A stretch of 64,000 nucleotides of DNA from Eledone cirrhosa (lineage: Eukaryota): positions 179,366,001 through 179,430,000 of the forward strand of contig OZ024743.1 of assembly GCA_964016885.1 (NCBI GenBank), read 5' to 3'. Both the position numbers and the translations under genes were made by a program. Below are positions 25,275 through 43,789 of the stretch, piece by piece (position 1 is the stretch's first letter; the number at the start of each line of letters is the position of its first letter). The notes below the pieces were generated by a model, which saw nothing but the letters and a program-made list of their open reading frames with translations, made no database searches and was not told the DNA's origin.

Positions 25275-27845
25275 ATGTATATATATATATATGTGTGTAA
25301 GTATATATGTGTGTATGTATGTATATGTATGAATGGATGTATATATGTATATATATGTATGTGTGTAAGTATATATGTGTGTATGCATGTATATGTATGA
25401 ATGGATGTATATATGTATATGTATGTATATATATGTATGTGTGTAAGTATATATGTGTGTATGTATGTATATGTATGAATGGATGTATATATGTATATGT
25501 ATATATATATATGTGTGTAAGTATATATGTGTGTATGTATGTATATGTATGAATGGATGTGTATATGTATATATATATATATGTGTGTAAGTATATATGT
25601 GTGTATGTATGTATATGTATGAATGGATGTATATATGTATATATATGTATGTGTGTAAGTATATATGTGTGTATGTATGTATATGTATGAATGGATGTAT
25701 ATATGTATATGTATGTATATATATGTATGTGTGTAAGTATATATGTGTGTATGTATGTATATGTATGAATGGATGTGTATATGTATATATATATATATGT
25801 GTGTAAGTATATATGTGTGTATGTATGTATAAGTATGAATGGATGTATATATGTATATATATGTATGTGTGTAAGTATATATGTGTGTATGTATGTATAT
25901 GTATGAATGGATGTATATATGTATATGTATGTATATATATGTATGTGTGTAAGTATATATGTGTGTATGTATGTATATGTATGAATGGATGTATATATGT
26001 ATATGTATGTATGTGTGTATGTATGTATATGTATGAATGGATGTATATATGTATATGTATATATATGTATGTGTGTAAGTATATATGTGTGTATGTATGT
26101 ATATGTATGAATGGTTGTATATATGTATATGTATATATATGTATGTGTGTAAGTATATATGTGTGTATGTATGTATATGTATGAATGGATGTATATATGT
26201 ATATGTATGTATATGTATGTGTGTAAGTATATATGTGTGTATGTATGTATATGTATGAATGGATGTATATATGTATATGTATATATATATATGTATGTGT
26301 GTAAGTATATATGTGTGTATGTATGTATATGTATGAATGGATGTATATATGTATGTATATATATGTATGTGTGTAAGTATATATGTGTGTATGTATGTAT
26401 ATGTATGAATGGTTGTATATATGTATATGTATATATATGTATGTGTGTAAGTATATATGTGTGTATGTATGTATATGTATGAATGGATGTATATATGTAT
26501 ATGTATGTATATGTATGTGTGTAAGTATATATGTGTGTATGTATGTATATGTATGAATGGATGTATATATGTATATGTATATATATATATATGTATGTGT
26601 GTAAGTATATATGTGTGTATGTATGTATATGTATGAATGGATGTATATAGGTATGTATATATATATGTATGTGTGTAAGTATATATATGTGTGTATGTAT
26701 GTATATGTATGAATGGATGTATATATGTATATGTATGTATGTGTGTATGTATGTATATGTATGAATGGATGTATATATGTATGTATATGTATGTATGTGT
26801 GTAAGTATAAATGTGTGTATGTATGTATATGTATGAATGGATCTATATATGTATATGTATATATATGTATGTATATGTGTAAGTATATATGTGTGTATGT
26901 ATGTATATGTATGAATGGATGTATATATGTATATGTATATATATATATGTATGTGTGTAAGTATATATGTGTGTATGTATGTATATGTATGAATGGATGT
27001 ATATATGTATGTATATATATGTATGTGTGTAAGTATATATGTGTGTATGTATGTATATGTATGAATGGTTGTATATATGTATATGTATATATATGTATGT
27101 GTGTAAGTATATATGTGTGTATGTATGTATATGTATGAATGGATGTATATATGTATATGTATGTATATGTATGTGTGTAAGTATATATGTGTGTATGTAT
27201 GTATATGTATGAATGGATGTATATATGTATATGTATATATATATATATGTATGTGTGTAAGTATATATGTGTGTATGTATGTATATGTATGAATGGATGT
27301 ATATAGGTATGTATATATATGTATGTGTGTAAGTATATATGTGTGTATGTATGTATATGTATGAATGGATGTATATATGTATATGTATGTATGTGTGTAT
27401 GTATGTATATGTATGAATGGATGTATATATGTATGTATATGTATGTATGTGTGTAAGTATAAATGTGTGTATGTATGTATATGTATGAATGGATCTATAT
27501 ATGTATATGTATATATATGTATGTATATGTGTAAGTATATATGTGTGTATGTATGTATATGTATGAATGGATGTATATATGTATATGTATATATATGTAT
27601 GTGCGTGTGTAAGTATATATGTGTGTATGTATGTATATGTATATATATGTATGTATGTGTGTAAGTATATATGTGTGTATGTATATGTATGAATGGATGT
27701 ATATATGTATATGTATATATATGTATGTACGTGTGTAAGTATATATGTGTGTATGTATGTATATGTATGAATGGATGTATATATGTATATGTATATATAT
27801 GTATGTATGTTTGTAAGTATATATGTGTGTATGTATGTATTTTTG
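25275..27845. repeat. Minisatellite, unit about 64-72 bp (gtgtgtaagtatatatgtgtgtatgtatgtatatgtatgaatggatgtatatatgtat..); left remnant 23190-23295
   Basis: Recurrent gaatggatg and gtgtaagt anchors; about 650-bp higher-order duplication. Confidence 0.93.
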
Positions 27846-28294
27846 CATGAATGTATGAATGTATATTTGTATGTGTGTGTATGTATGAATGAATGTATAT
27901 TTTTACGTATGTAAATATGTATGTTTGTGTGTAGCATGTGAGTGAACGTGTGAACGCGCACGTGTATGTGAATGTGTGTACATGTGTATGTGTGCATGTT
28001 TATATGTCACAGAATTATATGCATGACTTGCAAATTTGCTGCACCTCAAATATATTAATATTTTCCTTTTATGGTTATATTCAAGATTAATCGCATCTCT
28101 TCATTTACTTCTCGTTCACATCATACATAAAAGCCTAAATCATTACCAAACACGCTACGTCTAAATCAACGAGCATGCGCTAGCATATAAATATCTATAT
28201 CTATATTTATCTACATATATCTCTATAGGTATGTATTTATAAATGTATATATATATTGAAATGCACAAAAACGCATGCATAATTATATATTCAT

Positions 28295-28411
28295 ATTGTT
28301 CCGTCTGTTTATCACGGAATAACACGACACACTATTTAACATGAATAAAATAAATATTAAAACTCTACTTCGGTATTGAGTACTCTTTTCTGTCAGTCTT
28401 CAACCACATAA

Positions 28412-28415
<4 letters not shown>
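28295..28415 (+). mobile_element. pLTR-like mini-element with conserved tail; relative at 42585-42715
   Basis: aataaaat.aatattaaaactcta.ttcg.tattgagtactctttt shared by both loci. Confidence 0.6.
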
Positions 28416-28449
<34 letters not shown>

Positions 28450-28451
<2 letters not shown>

Positions 28452-29079
28452 AGGGCGGGTAAAATCCCCGAGATCCATGGACGAGTTCTCTCCTGCGGTC
28501 TCTGTCCCTCATTATCGCTTCCATGTCCTGCGTCTCCAACAGACCAGTGTCTGTCCTTAGGGCATCAACATACGTTAAACTCGGTCTTCCTCTTCCGGTG
28601 TGTCCATGTAGGGGCTCCCTTAGGAGCACTGAGGGCAATGTCAACTCTGGATGTCGGTGAGCATGTCCAGCTAACCTCAGTCTCCTCTGTGTCACTTTTG
28701 AGCTGACTTTTGGGAGGCTCCCATACAGCTCTGAGTTTTTCATCCTCAATGTATACTGATTAATGTTCAAAGCCATCCTCAGCATTCTCGTGTAGCACCC
28801 ATCTACCATCTGAGTGACTTTCTTGGTCAGTGTCCAAGTCTCAGACCCATACAGCATCACAGACTCCACTACAGCAATGAAGAGGCGGATTTTCAGGTCT
28901 TTACGAAGGTCCGACTTCCACACCGATCTCAAGCTGTGGCACGCCGCCCATATCTGGTAGAGAATGTTGAGAAGCCAGAGGGGATCACTAATATAGGCGG
29001 GAAGCCGCTAGAATTGGTTGAGGGCTTCCTGTATTTGGGAGCAAAGATTGGGAATACGGAAGATGATGTAGTTGAGAGG
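28450..29079 (-). mobile_element. RTE-type LINE 3' fragment (28450-28950, minus) with inverted upstream piece (28951-29079, plus)
   Basis: Minus: WAACHSLRSVWKS..LYGSETWTL..RLRLAGH..GRP; plus: LELVEGFLYLGAKIGNTEDDVVER. Confidence 0.88.
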
Positions 29080-29091
29080 AATATATATATA

Positions 29092-29182
<91 letters not shown>

Positions 29183-29185
29183 ATA

Positions 29186-29216
<31 letters not shown>

Positions 29217-29219
<3 letters not shown>

Positions 29220-29470
29220 ATTATATAATAAACAACACAATATAATGATTCCGTTACCTAAGGTTTCATGAAACTAGACGATTTTAACAGAAACGTTAAG
29301 CACACTCATCTGTTCATCTGATGAGCGTGCTGGTCGTTTCTGTTAAGATCGACTAGTTTCATGAAACCTTAGGTAATGGAATCATTGTATTATGTAGTTT
29401 ATTATATAATTAAATAGCTCTGTACTATATATAGAGCACTCGTCCTTCCTTTACCTTTTCTACGGATATA
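29217..29470. mobile_element. Fold-back HHR mini-element: arms 29217-29310 and 29320-29412, tail to about 29470
   Basis: Inverted repeat; tail agctctgtactatatatagagcactc..tacgga. Confidence 0.85.
29313..29380 (+). ncRNA. Type I hammerhead ribozyme
   Basis: ttcat-CTGATGA-..ctggtcg/cgactag..-GAAA-ccttagg-TA-atgga. Confidence 0.75.
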
Positions 29471-29488
29471 CATAACACATATATGCAT

Positions 29489-29529
<41 letters not shown>

Positions 29530-29984
29530 ATAATATGTGTGTGTGTGTGTAAATAGTAAAATGTATGTAAATTAATCTAATTTGACAGAGGCGAGTTAGA
29601 TTTGTTAATGTAGAGAAGTATAGAAAGGTTGACATTGATAAAATGCCTGTGAGAGATAATAGTTAGCCAATGCTGAATCTACTGATTCATAACAATGTTT
29701 CTAGAATTAAGTGAACATATACGTTTAGTAGAATGTAGCTTTTCTGAATTTATGGATAATTACGGTAAACTTTCTCCTTGTAGCAATTTACTCTCTAAGA
29801 TACTGTCATTGAAATGCAATCTATATTTTTCTATCCGGTACCTGATCTGAAAATAAATGCATGAAACACACCTCATTCCTGTTGGAGTAACTCCTCCGTC
29901 ACTGATGACCATCACTTTCTGCTTGGCTTTTGTCATGTCAGGTATGTACCTGTACATCAATTTTACTCTAGATCTGCTCACGTG

Positions 29985-30716
29985 TACTTTCTTCGGACGA
30001 TGAGAATTTTTCGCGTGTCACGACTTACTTTGCCGTTTTGACTCTGAATTTTGCTCGAGTACCCATGATTCATTTCCTGTTTTTATGTTATTGAAGATGT
30101 TTGCCTCCATTTCATGTCTCCAAAGCCATCCCTGAATAATTTCCAACCGATTTGCTATTTACTCCACAGACAAGTGTTTGGAATTTAGTTTTGTGAAAGA
30201 TGTTCGCATGTGCAAATTGTTTGTTTAAATTTTGTGAACTACATTATATCCAAGCCCGTGTCATTTGCAATCACCCTAACTCTTAATTGAAAGTCTTTCG
30301 CTACCACTTCCACATTTTGTTTATTTGTTGACGAGATTGACCTTCCAGAACGAGACTCGTCTTCAGCATTTTTATCTACCCTCTTTGAAAGCGTTGTGCC
30401 ACTTAAAAACCTAACCTCTCGATACAGTGGCATCTCCATAAGCATGTGTTGAATTAAATGTTTCGGTGGCAGATTTATTTAGTTACACAAAACATTTGAT
30501 CGCATACCGTTATTCGATATTTTCCTACAGTGAAAATGTAACAGGTTATAAAAACATCTGTACATAAACAGCAATAACTTAATCGTTTATATTGAACCAA
30601 GAATGTACGTGCACCCAAAGTCATAACCAACACGCCTATATACATCGACAAGTGGCTACATTACCATATAGTACATAGGAAAGCTAGTACTTTTTACTTT
30701 TGGAACACACCTCGTA
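29985..30716 (-). pseudogene. Decayed mariner transposase, N-terminal half, with terminal repeat
   Basis: DESRSGRSISST..NVEVV..LRVRVIA HTH-linker-like; end ttacttttggaacacacctcgta. Confidence 0.6.
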
Positions 30717-30758
30717 TGCATTCATATATGCATACATAGTCCCATATACACATCTAGG

Positions 30759-30805
<47 letters not shown>

Positions 30806-30833
30806 GTATGTATTATATATTTATATATGTATG

Positions 30834-30880
<47 letters not shown>

Positions 30881-30883
<3 letters not shown>

Positions 30884-31238
30884 AAAAAAGATGAAATCGA
30901 AAATGCAACTGGAGTCTTAGTTAAAAAAAATATATATATATTTATTTGTGTTCCTTTACCCGTTTCGCAGTTCTTCTGCTTTTCCAAAATAGAGTTAAGA
31001 TGGAGGGTCTGTGGTTTTTCTCACATGTGAGAAAAACCACAGACCCTCCATCTTAACTCTATTTTGGAAAAGCAGAAGAACTGCGAAACGGGTAAAGGAA
31101 CACAAATAAATATATATATATTTTTTTTAACTAAGACTCCAGTTGCATTTTCGATTTCATTTTTGTTTTCTTTATACTTTCACGCGTGTAGGACACCTCG
31201 GTTATTTTACATTTTGAAAAAAGAAACCTCATTTCTAA
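30881..31238. mobile_element. Perfect spacer-less palindrome (30891-31160, centre 31025/31026) of an HHR mini-element, tail on right arm
   Basis: 135-bp arms are exact reverse complements around tcaca|tgtga; monomer at 49201-49340. Confidence 0.92.
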
Positions 31239-31257
31239 TATATATATATATATATAA

Positions 31258-32124
31258 AGACAGGGGGGAAGAAAAAATGGCTTCACTTGTGCTTTCAACA
31301 AATTTATTTTCTTCACAAAATCCAAAAAGAATTTTTTTCCGGGATTAGAAAAATTCTTTTTTTTTTTTTTTTTTTTTTTTCTTAAAAAAAATTATTTTAT
31401 AAATTAAGTTAGGTCTTAGGAGTTCTTGGTTAACGTAGGAGGTATTGTTTCGTTTTTAGAACGACCTTTCAAGCTGAGGTGCGCTTGTCAAACTGATGTG
31501 TATGTGGTGTGTTGTTCTATATATAGGGATTTAACGTCTGTGGTGTGGTGGGGTTTTTTTTCCCCCTTTTTAATAAGTGTATGGGTGTAGGTGTGTTGAA
31601 AAAGTGTTAATAGCAGTAATGAGTTGAGACGGTGAGTAGGGTTGGGTGGGGAGAAATGTAGCAAGTGCGGCCTGCCCCGGTCATTCTCGAAAAATTCCTT
31701 TATTCAGGGGATTCCTTTGTGTTCAGAATGGTCACAGGCAAATCTCACCTGCCAAGTTTGTAAACAATTATTTTTTTCTGAAGAATTTTTCTACGTCCAT
31801 CCCAAAATTAGTCCTTTGTTCAACACACACATATGTGCGTATATACGTACATACACACACGGGCATATGTAGGAATATATAGGCACACACCATCAATCAC
31901 ACACCCATGTACATATACATCCACATACATACACAAAAACATATAAAGACACACATAAAAACACATATACACATACGTACACACACGAATATGTACTCAT
32001 ACCTCCACATGGGTATATATATATATACATACATACATATACATACATATACACACATAAAGATACATAACTAAATATACACGCACACATACACACACAC
32101 ACGCACACACACACACACACGTGT

Positions 32125-32155
<31 letters not shown>

Positions 32156-32215
32156 TATGTCCGTATATATACCTCCGTTCACACATACATGCATACACAC
32201 ACATACACACATACA

Positions 32216-32246
<31 letters not shown>

Positions 32247-32250
32247 GCAT

Positions 32251-32329
<79 letters not shown>

Positions 32330-32428
32330 CACATATACATACATATATGTACACATAAACACATACAGACACATACACACATATACATACATAAACACAT
32401 ATACATATATCTATATATATATATATAT

Positions 32429-32463
<35 letters not shown>

Positions 32464-32514
32464 CACATACACATACAAGTACATACATACACACATACAT
32501 ATATACACATACAT

Positions 32515-32574
<60 letters not shown>

Positions 32575-33613
32575 GCATATACATATATATACACATACAT
32601 ACACACACATACATACACACATATACATATATATATATATGCACACACATACAAACATACACACATCCATACATATATATACACACACACATACACACAC
32701 CCACATACATATATACCCACATGTACATACATCCATACATACCTACACACATATATGTGTTTGTCTCACCGTTCACATAAGAAGAGGGGGGGGTAGTGAA
32801 ATGGAATGTTTCCTCCGAGTGTTAATTCATTTTTTCGTGTTCAGTAGGGGTTTAAATTTTTCAATGAAGAATTCTTCTTTATATCTGCGGAAATGTTCGT
32901 TATCCGACCATATCTTGAAGAAAGGGAAGATTGTGAATTTTCCCTTCCCGCATGATGCAAAGTGTGCGCTACATGTGGTATTTCTGACTGTGGGTTCTTT
33001 AATTTGTTGTTTATGTACCCGGACTCTATCATGTAATCCCGTTCCGGTTTCCCCAATGTAATACTCTTTACACTGTGGACATGTTGCGCAATATATTAGG
33101 TTTTTCGTTTTGCAGTTCATGTTTGCATTGACCTTGAAATTATCATGGTTTTTGAAGGACAACTGTTTGCCCTCTTCGATGAGTTCACAGGTTCCACATC
33201 TAGGGTCCCCGCATTTCGTCACTTGCATTGATTCCATGTTGGTCGTAAACTTTGCCTTGGTAATTAGTTTTTTAAGGTTGGGTGCTTGGCGTCTGCTATA
33301 AATTATCTGTGTGTTTTTTAAGAGTGCATTCATTTTGGTAGATTGCTGTAGAATCGGGAGATACTGCTTAGCAGTTTTTACAATGTTGATGTTCCCTGGG
33401 TTGTGAGTGATGACAAAAGAGATAGCAGGGTTTTCTTTTTTATAATTTTTTTTAAGAAAAAAAAAAAAAAAAAATGTTTTTCTAATCCCGGAAAAAAATT
33501 ATTTTTGGATTTTGTGAAGAAAATAAATTTGTTGAAAGCACAAGTGAAGCCATTTTTTCTTCCCCCCTGTCTTAATATACCTAACTGTACCAAGGATTAC
33601 ACACATTTTCCAA
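31258..33613 (-). mobile_element. Second 5'-truncated Neptune-type PLE with inverted pLTR end (33434-33573) and tail (33574-33613)
   Basis: GIY-YIG ORF; 31258-31400 is the reverse complement of 33434-33573; (TA)n flanks. Confidence 0.9.
32827..33433 (-). CDS. PLE linker and GIY-YIG endonuclease (truncated)
   Basis: [60 protein letters not shown]. Confidence 0.92.
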
Positions 33614-33634
33614 TATATATATATATACATGTAT

Positions 33635-33674
<40 letters not shown>

Positions 33675-33743
33675 GTATATATATATATGTGTGTGTGTGT
33701 GTGTATATATATATATGCATATATATATATATATATATATACA

Positions 33744-33843
33744 TAGGAAAAAGCATGACCCCGACAGCAGAGCTCAAGCCGTTTCGACAGCTATTTCTGG
33801 ACTAAAGAAAGAACTCTGCCGTCAGGGTCATACTTTTTCCTAT
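33744..33843. mobile_element. Family A palindrome, internally deleted, no tail
   Basis: taggaaaaagcatgaccccgacagcagag..ctctgccgtcagggtcatactttttccta. Confidence 0.8.
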
Positions 33844-33854
33844 ATATATATATA

Positions 33855-34045
33855 TAGGAACGAGTAGGACCCCGATGGCTGAGCTCAAGCCGTTTCGACG
33901 TCTAATTCAGACCAGAATTAGCCGTCGAAACGGCTTGAGCTCTGTCGTCGGGGTCATACTTTTTCTATTTCGTATTTCAACTACCCTAGGTATTGAGTAC
34001 TTTGGTGCGTTATGGTCTATCTGGTTCCTTACCACAATTCCTTCG

Positions 34046-34047
<2 letters not shown>
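33855..34047 (+). mobile_element. Family A palindromic mini-element with tail
   Basis: Reverse-orientation counterpart of 56403-56594. Confidence 0.85.
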
Positions 34048-38660
<4,613 letters not shown>

Positions 38661-39284
38661 TACATACATACATACATACATACATACATACCTACATACA
38701 TACATACATACATCTACACCAATATGTGTATACTGGCAATTTTGTAACCAAGTACATATAAAACAGTGGTAATGAACTGAATATGAATAGAGTAATAGAA
38801 ATATATCAAGAAACTTCAAGTCTACAGATTTACAGTCTGTTGCATATGTCTGCTCTTTAGAATTGCAATACCTACCAGCTAAAAAGAGACAATTACAGAA
38901 TAAACGTCTACAGATTGAATGAACATAAAATATATTGTAAGCCATGAAACACAACACACCACAAGAATATTAGTATATTATGTATGACGAAGTATATGTC
39001 AATACATTAGGTAAATATAGGCAATATTGTATTATAACAAGCATGTCAATGGCAATATAAATAACAGAAATACGTAAAATGTGTGGGAGAGTAATTCCTT
39101 ATGTTTCAGATATTTAATGCTTCAGGTATTTTACGAACAAATTATGTTTTTATACTGTCGTAGTTCACCGATCAAATTGATTTTTGTTTTCTATGGAGAA
39201 TAATATATATCGCATAGTGAATGCCAGTCCTTGTGTTCCTACATCTTCTATACATAGCTTAGCAGAACATCGAAATATTAAATA

Positions 39285-39885
39285 ATAGTTTCTTTATTAG
39301 GCACAAGGCCAACAATTTTGGGGGAGGACAAAGTCGATTAAATTGACCCCAGTGCGTTACTGGTACATTATTATATAAATCCCATAAGGATGAAAGGCAA
39401 AGTTAAGCTCGGCAGGATATGAAATCAGAAGGTAAAGAGGCGTACCTCTATGCCACAAACAAAGGTGCCCAACGTTTTAACGATAACTTAAAATCGATCA
39501 TTGAGAAAAATAATCGTTTCTGATCGTTTATTAGGCACAAGGACAACAATTTTGGGGGAGGAGAAAGTTGATTAAATCGACCCCAGTGCTTTACTGGTAT
39601 TTTATTTTATCAATTCCGTAAGGATGAAAAGCAAATCTAAGTTCGGCGGCATTACAAATCAGAAAGTAATGGGCCGTTCCTATATTATTATCGGGTCATA
39701 AAATAAAATACCAGTAATGCACTGTTGCCGAATTACTTTACTTTCCTCTCCGAACAAATTGATGGCCTTGTGTCTAAATCAGAAGCTTTGCCTTTAATTC
39801 CCTACGGGGTCGATAAAATAACGTACCAGTAGCGAAATGAGGTCGATTTACTTCACTTTTTTCTCACATCAAAATTGTAAGCCAA
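39285..39885. mobile_element. Cluster of four tRNA-SINE copies/fragments (39285-39485 -, 39525-39680 -, 39700-39785 -, 39786-39885 +)
   Basis: Repeated aggcacaagg.caacaattttggggga..gaccccagtgc.ttactggta..aaggatgaaa.gcaaa. Confidence 0.8.
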
Positions 39886-40654
39886 TTACTGTTATTAGTC
39901 ACAAACGTGATGACTCACGTGCGTTCAGGTCATTGAGATCATAGATCTTGTGCAATTCTCTTTACAACTGCCATGATTGATTTTTTAGAAAAAAAAAGCT
40001 GTGCTGTTGCTTTATTTGGTAATTATACATTTTCTACTCGTTTTGACATTTTAGTAAGCACCAGGTTATGTGTGCTAAATTAGATTCGTTGATAACGCAA
40101 CAGATTTAGACGTAGAAAAAAAATTCATACGTAGATTTTTGTTGTTGTTTATGCTTTTGTTTATAATTTTGTTTATGTTTTTGGTTTTTTTTTTTTTCTA
40201 GAATGCTGTATTTCTATATTCCAGTATAACTACTTTTAATAATTGATGAGAGAATTGCATACCGGCTCATACTTGAACAAGTATTGTCAGCTTTAGTTTT
40301 ATGGTTAAAGCGCCCTCAACTAGTATTCAAAGAGAATAATTTATACTACACACGCATAGATAGAAACTCGTAGACGCACTAATGTGATGCGATTTTCTAC
40401 ACACCACCCATTTATACAAACACGCAAAAATACATACACACACATACACACACACACATAAACATAAACATACAGACACGCGCGCACACGCATATATATA
40501 CATATATACACAGACTCGGTATGCACACATACTCATATACATAGAGATACGATACACCCACGCACGCACGTACACATACATATATATGTATAGAGAGAAT
40601 TATGTAAAATCCCGACCGCAGCGCCAAGCAGTTTTGGGTTGTGTGCCATACATA

Positions 40655-40770
40655 TATAAGGTGCATTGGTTAGTGGTTCGAGTGTTAGGTGCCCGATAGT
40701 AATGTTGAGTTCGACACATGACGGCATAGTATGTCCTTGAATAAGACATTAATTACTGTGCCTCACCTAG
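40655..40770 (+). mobile_element. Second tRNA-SINE family head; reverse copy at 52855-53015
   Basis: tggttagtggtt..gagttcgac..tgtccttgaataagacatt; at 52855-53015 ggttcgaatcc B box on minus strand. Confidence 0.55.
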
Positions 40771-42855
40771 AAATAAATTATATCTCTACTTGAAATATGA
40801 TAAGGACTATTAGGTCACGTATGAAAGGGGCGAGAAGGGGAAGGGTGATGGGCTCTACGCCCAGATCGGGGAAGGGGTGTTCAGCTGTGCCCCGAGAAAA
40901 AAACTACAAAGACAGTTGTAATTTCCTAATAATGGATTTTAGATATAATTTCTGAACTAGGTGAGCCCTTTCTGGATTTGCGAACTCCGGCATTTCGATA
41001 TTTGTGCTGAGGCAGTCAATAACAAATTGAAGACACCCAATGATCATAGATACAACTCTAAAGTTTTAGTCTGAAAAACATCTACAGATTCTGCAAGAAT
41101 TCGTCATAAATGTTCCCCTTTACACTAATCTTTAATACTATACTAACAGCTGATAGACAACTCGTTTCCGCTCTTGTACACTCCTTCTTGTATTTGTTCC
41201 ATATAATAATATAGGATTTCATGTGTCAAGATCTTATTAGGGCTATAAGTGGAACTTTCAACCAGTAACCACTTACATTATGTGTAAGTATGCTATCCAC
41301 AACGATGTAATGTTTGATATTGTCTATATTCAGTGCAAGCTTTTCTACATATTGCATTGTATTCTATTGATTACATTATATTCTATATACTATAATATTT
41401 TATCTATGTAATCATCGACTCCAAGCTGTGTATTGTCGGCTTTTCAAATAATAGGAGGTTGGAATAACCGCGGCGGGGGTGGCGGTGGGGGGGGGGGGGG
41501 GGGGGCGATTGGGGGCGATGATTTTTCTAGTTTGTCTCCGTTGATTTTAAAAACCAGAATTAGTCGTTTAGTTTACATATTGAGACACTCAACCCATCCT
41601 ATTTATTTTATAACGTATGGGGTTTCTAGTAATATACTTTTTTGTTATGTATAATGTTTTTAATGTCTAAACAAATTAATTGTGGTAGGAATGCTGCCAC
41701 TTAAAATAAAATTTCGCGGAATTACATCAGTAAAATTTAATAAGCCGGGAGTGGGGATAAGCGTGAAATGTTGGAAAAAATCTGAAGAATTATAAGCAAG
41801 GAGGGGGGACAATATTCAAGACCGAAGTGTAGTTGCTGTGATAGGCTTAATCTACCAAGGACTGCTCGGGCCTTTAGAAATTACAAGAGCCGCTGTTAGC
41901 CTACAGGAAATGCTCAGCATTTTCTCTTCCACTTGACAGAGGCTTAGGAGCTGGACGTTGGGGAAACAAAACAACAGACCACCGCTGTAACTTATACACT
42001 ACAACACCAGGCCAAAACCGCTGAGTAAAACCGTTATGTGAAGAAAAAAAAACACACACACACACAGGACACTACTGGCTTTATCGAAGATTCGATACAT
42101 CGATGTGAGATAAATATGGAGAAGGCGTGTCGTCGAGAGGTTTGACACAAACTAGCTAATAGTTGAATGAAAGTAGAATAAAATCATCGATGAAAGCAAA
42201 TGAATTTAAGCATGATGATTTCTTATTGATACTATAATGGTAGGTAGTACCATGACGACACAATCGAACAGCGGCTTATGCATGGCTGTATCTGATGTTT
42301 GGCTGTTTCACCCGCATATGTATACCTTTATTAAATTAATTTCTATCTATATATTTACATAACCACACAAACAACACATACAATATATAAGGAATACAAT
42401 ATATTTTCATGCTAGCAGTATGCTGTATATATAAATAATTCATTGTATTACGACTAAATAATTGTTTCTACTTTTGGCACAAGGCCAGCAATTAACGAGT
42501 ACATTACTGGTACTTTATTTTTTCGACCCCGTAATGAGTCATGTTAATCTGATGTTTTGTCTGTTTTTCACATTCTCTCTCACATTGTCTGATAAACCTG
42601 TGATAAACAGGAAAATTGTTAGAGTAATACTATGTAGTCTTAATAAAATGAATATTAAAACTCTATTTCGATATTGAGTACTCTTTTGTCTTAAGTGTTA
42701 CATACGGATATTTATATATTTGGTATAAAGTGGGGTGTGCTCATGCACGGAGAAGCTATAAAGCTTACAAAATAGGGTGAAGACCCTTAAAGACGGAAAA
42801 CGTGGTTGCCATCGGCAATTGAACCTCATATCTCTCAGATACCGACTAATTGCTG

Positions 42856-42935
<80 letters not shown>

Positions 42936-43789
42936 TATATATATTTATATGTGTCATAATTTATGATATAGTAAAGAGTCAATAGTAATAAAGAGTCAAG
43001 AGTAATAACCAGCCAAATTAATTGCTTATTCAGACAATATCGAATATGTCCGTTCATCGAGATAAAGTTGGTTACTATTTCTTGTACGCCAAGTCATCAC
43101 GTATTGCCTAACATTGAGGTTGCGTGCGGTGTTAGTGTCATTCTGTTGGTATTGTTATGGTTCACCAGCCACATCGAACAAAATCACCATCAAAGGTTTT
43201 CTCACTGTTAATTTACCAATTAGTACATAAAATATTGCAAGTTTGCTTGGAAGTTGTTAAAGGTAAATTAAACAGTATGATTTGAATATAATATATGTTG
43301 GTACTTTTATATAATGAAAATTATAATATAGTATAAAAGACTTCTAGTTGTCTTTGATTAATGTTGGCTTTTAACGGGATTTGCAAACTCTCAACCCTCT
43401 AAAAGAAAAAAAAAGAAAAAACAAGCAACATATGATTTACATCAGCTTTGTTTTGTAGTCATTCTAGCTTTCTCTGTCATGATACAACGTATGGTTTGTC
43501 CTCGTGTCTTAAAAAGTTAAATAGCATTGTAGATAGAATACTTTGTTGCTGATGATACCCAGCTTTAATATGAACAACGTGCGTAAAAAAGCCTAGAATA
43601 TGACTAAAGTATCTGTTTACTAAATGAACTGGACCAAACGCATACAATGCGATATGGGTGTTGAGCTGTAACTATAAGCGAGGAGTTTTTAATAATTGAT
43701 GCTGTTACCTCCAGATGAGTGTTTTCCACAAAAAGATAATAGTAGTTGTAAGCTTGTTTTACACTTTATTTAAATATACGAATTATACT

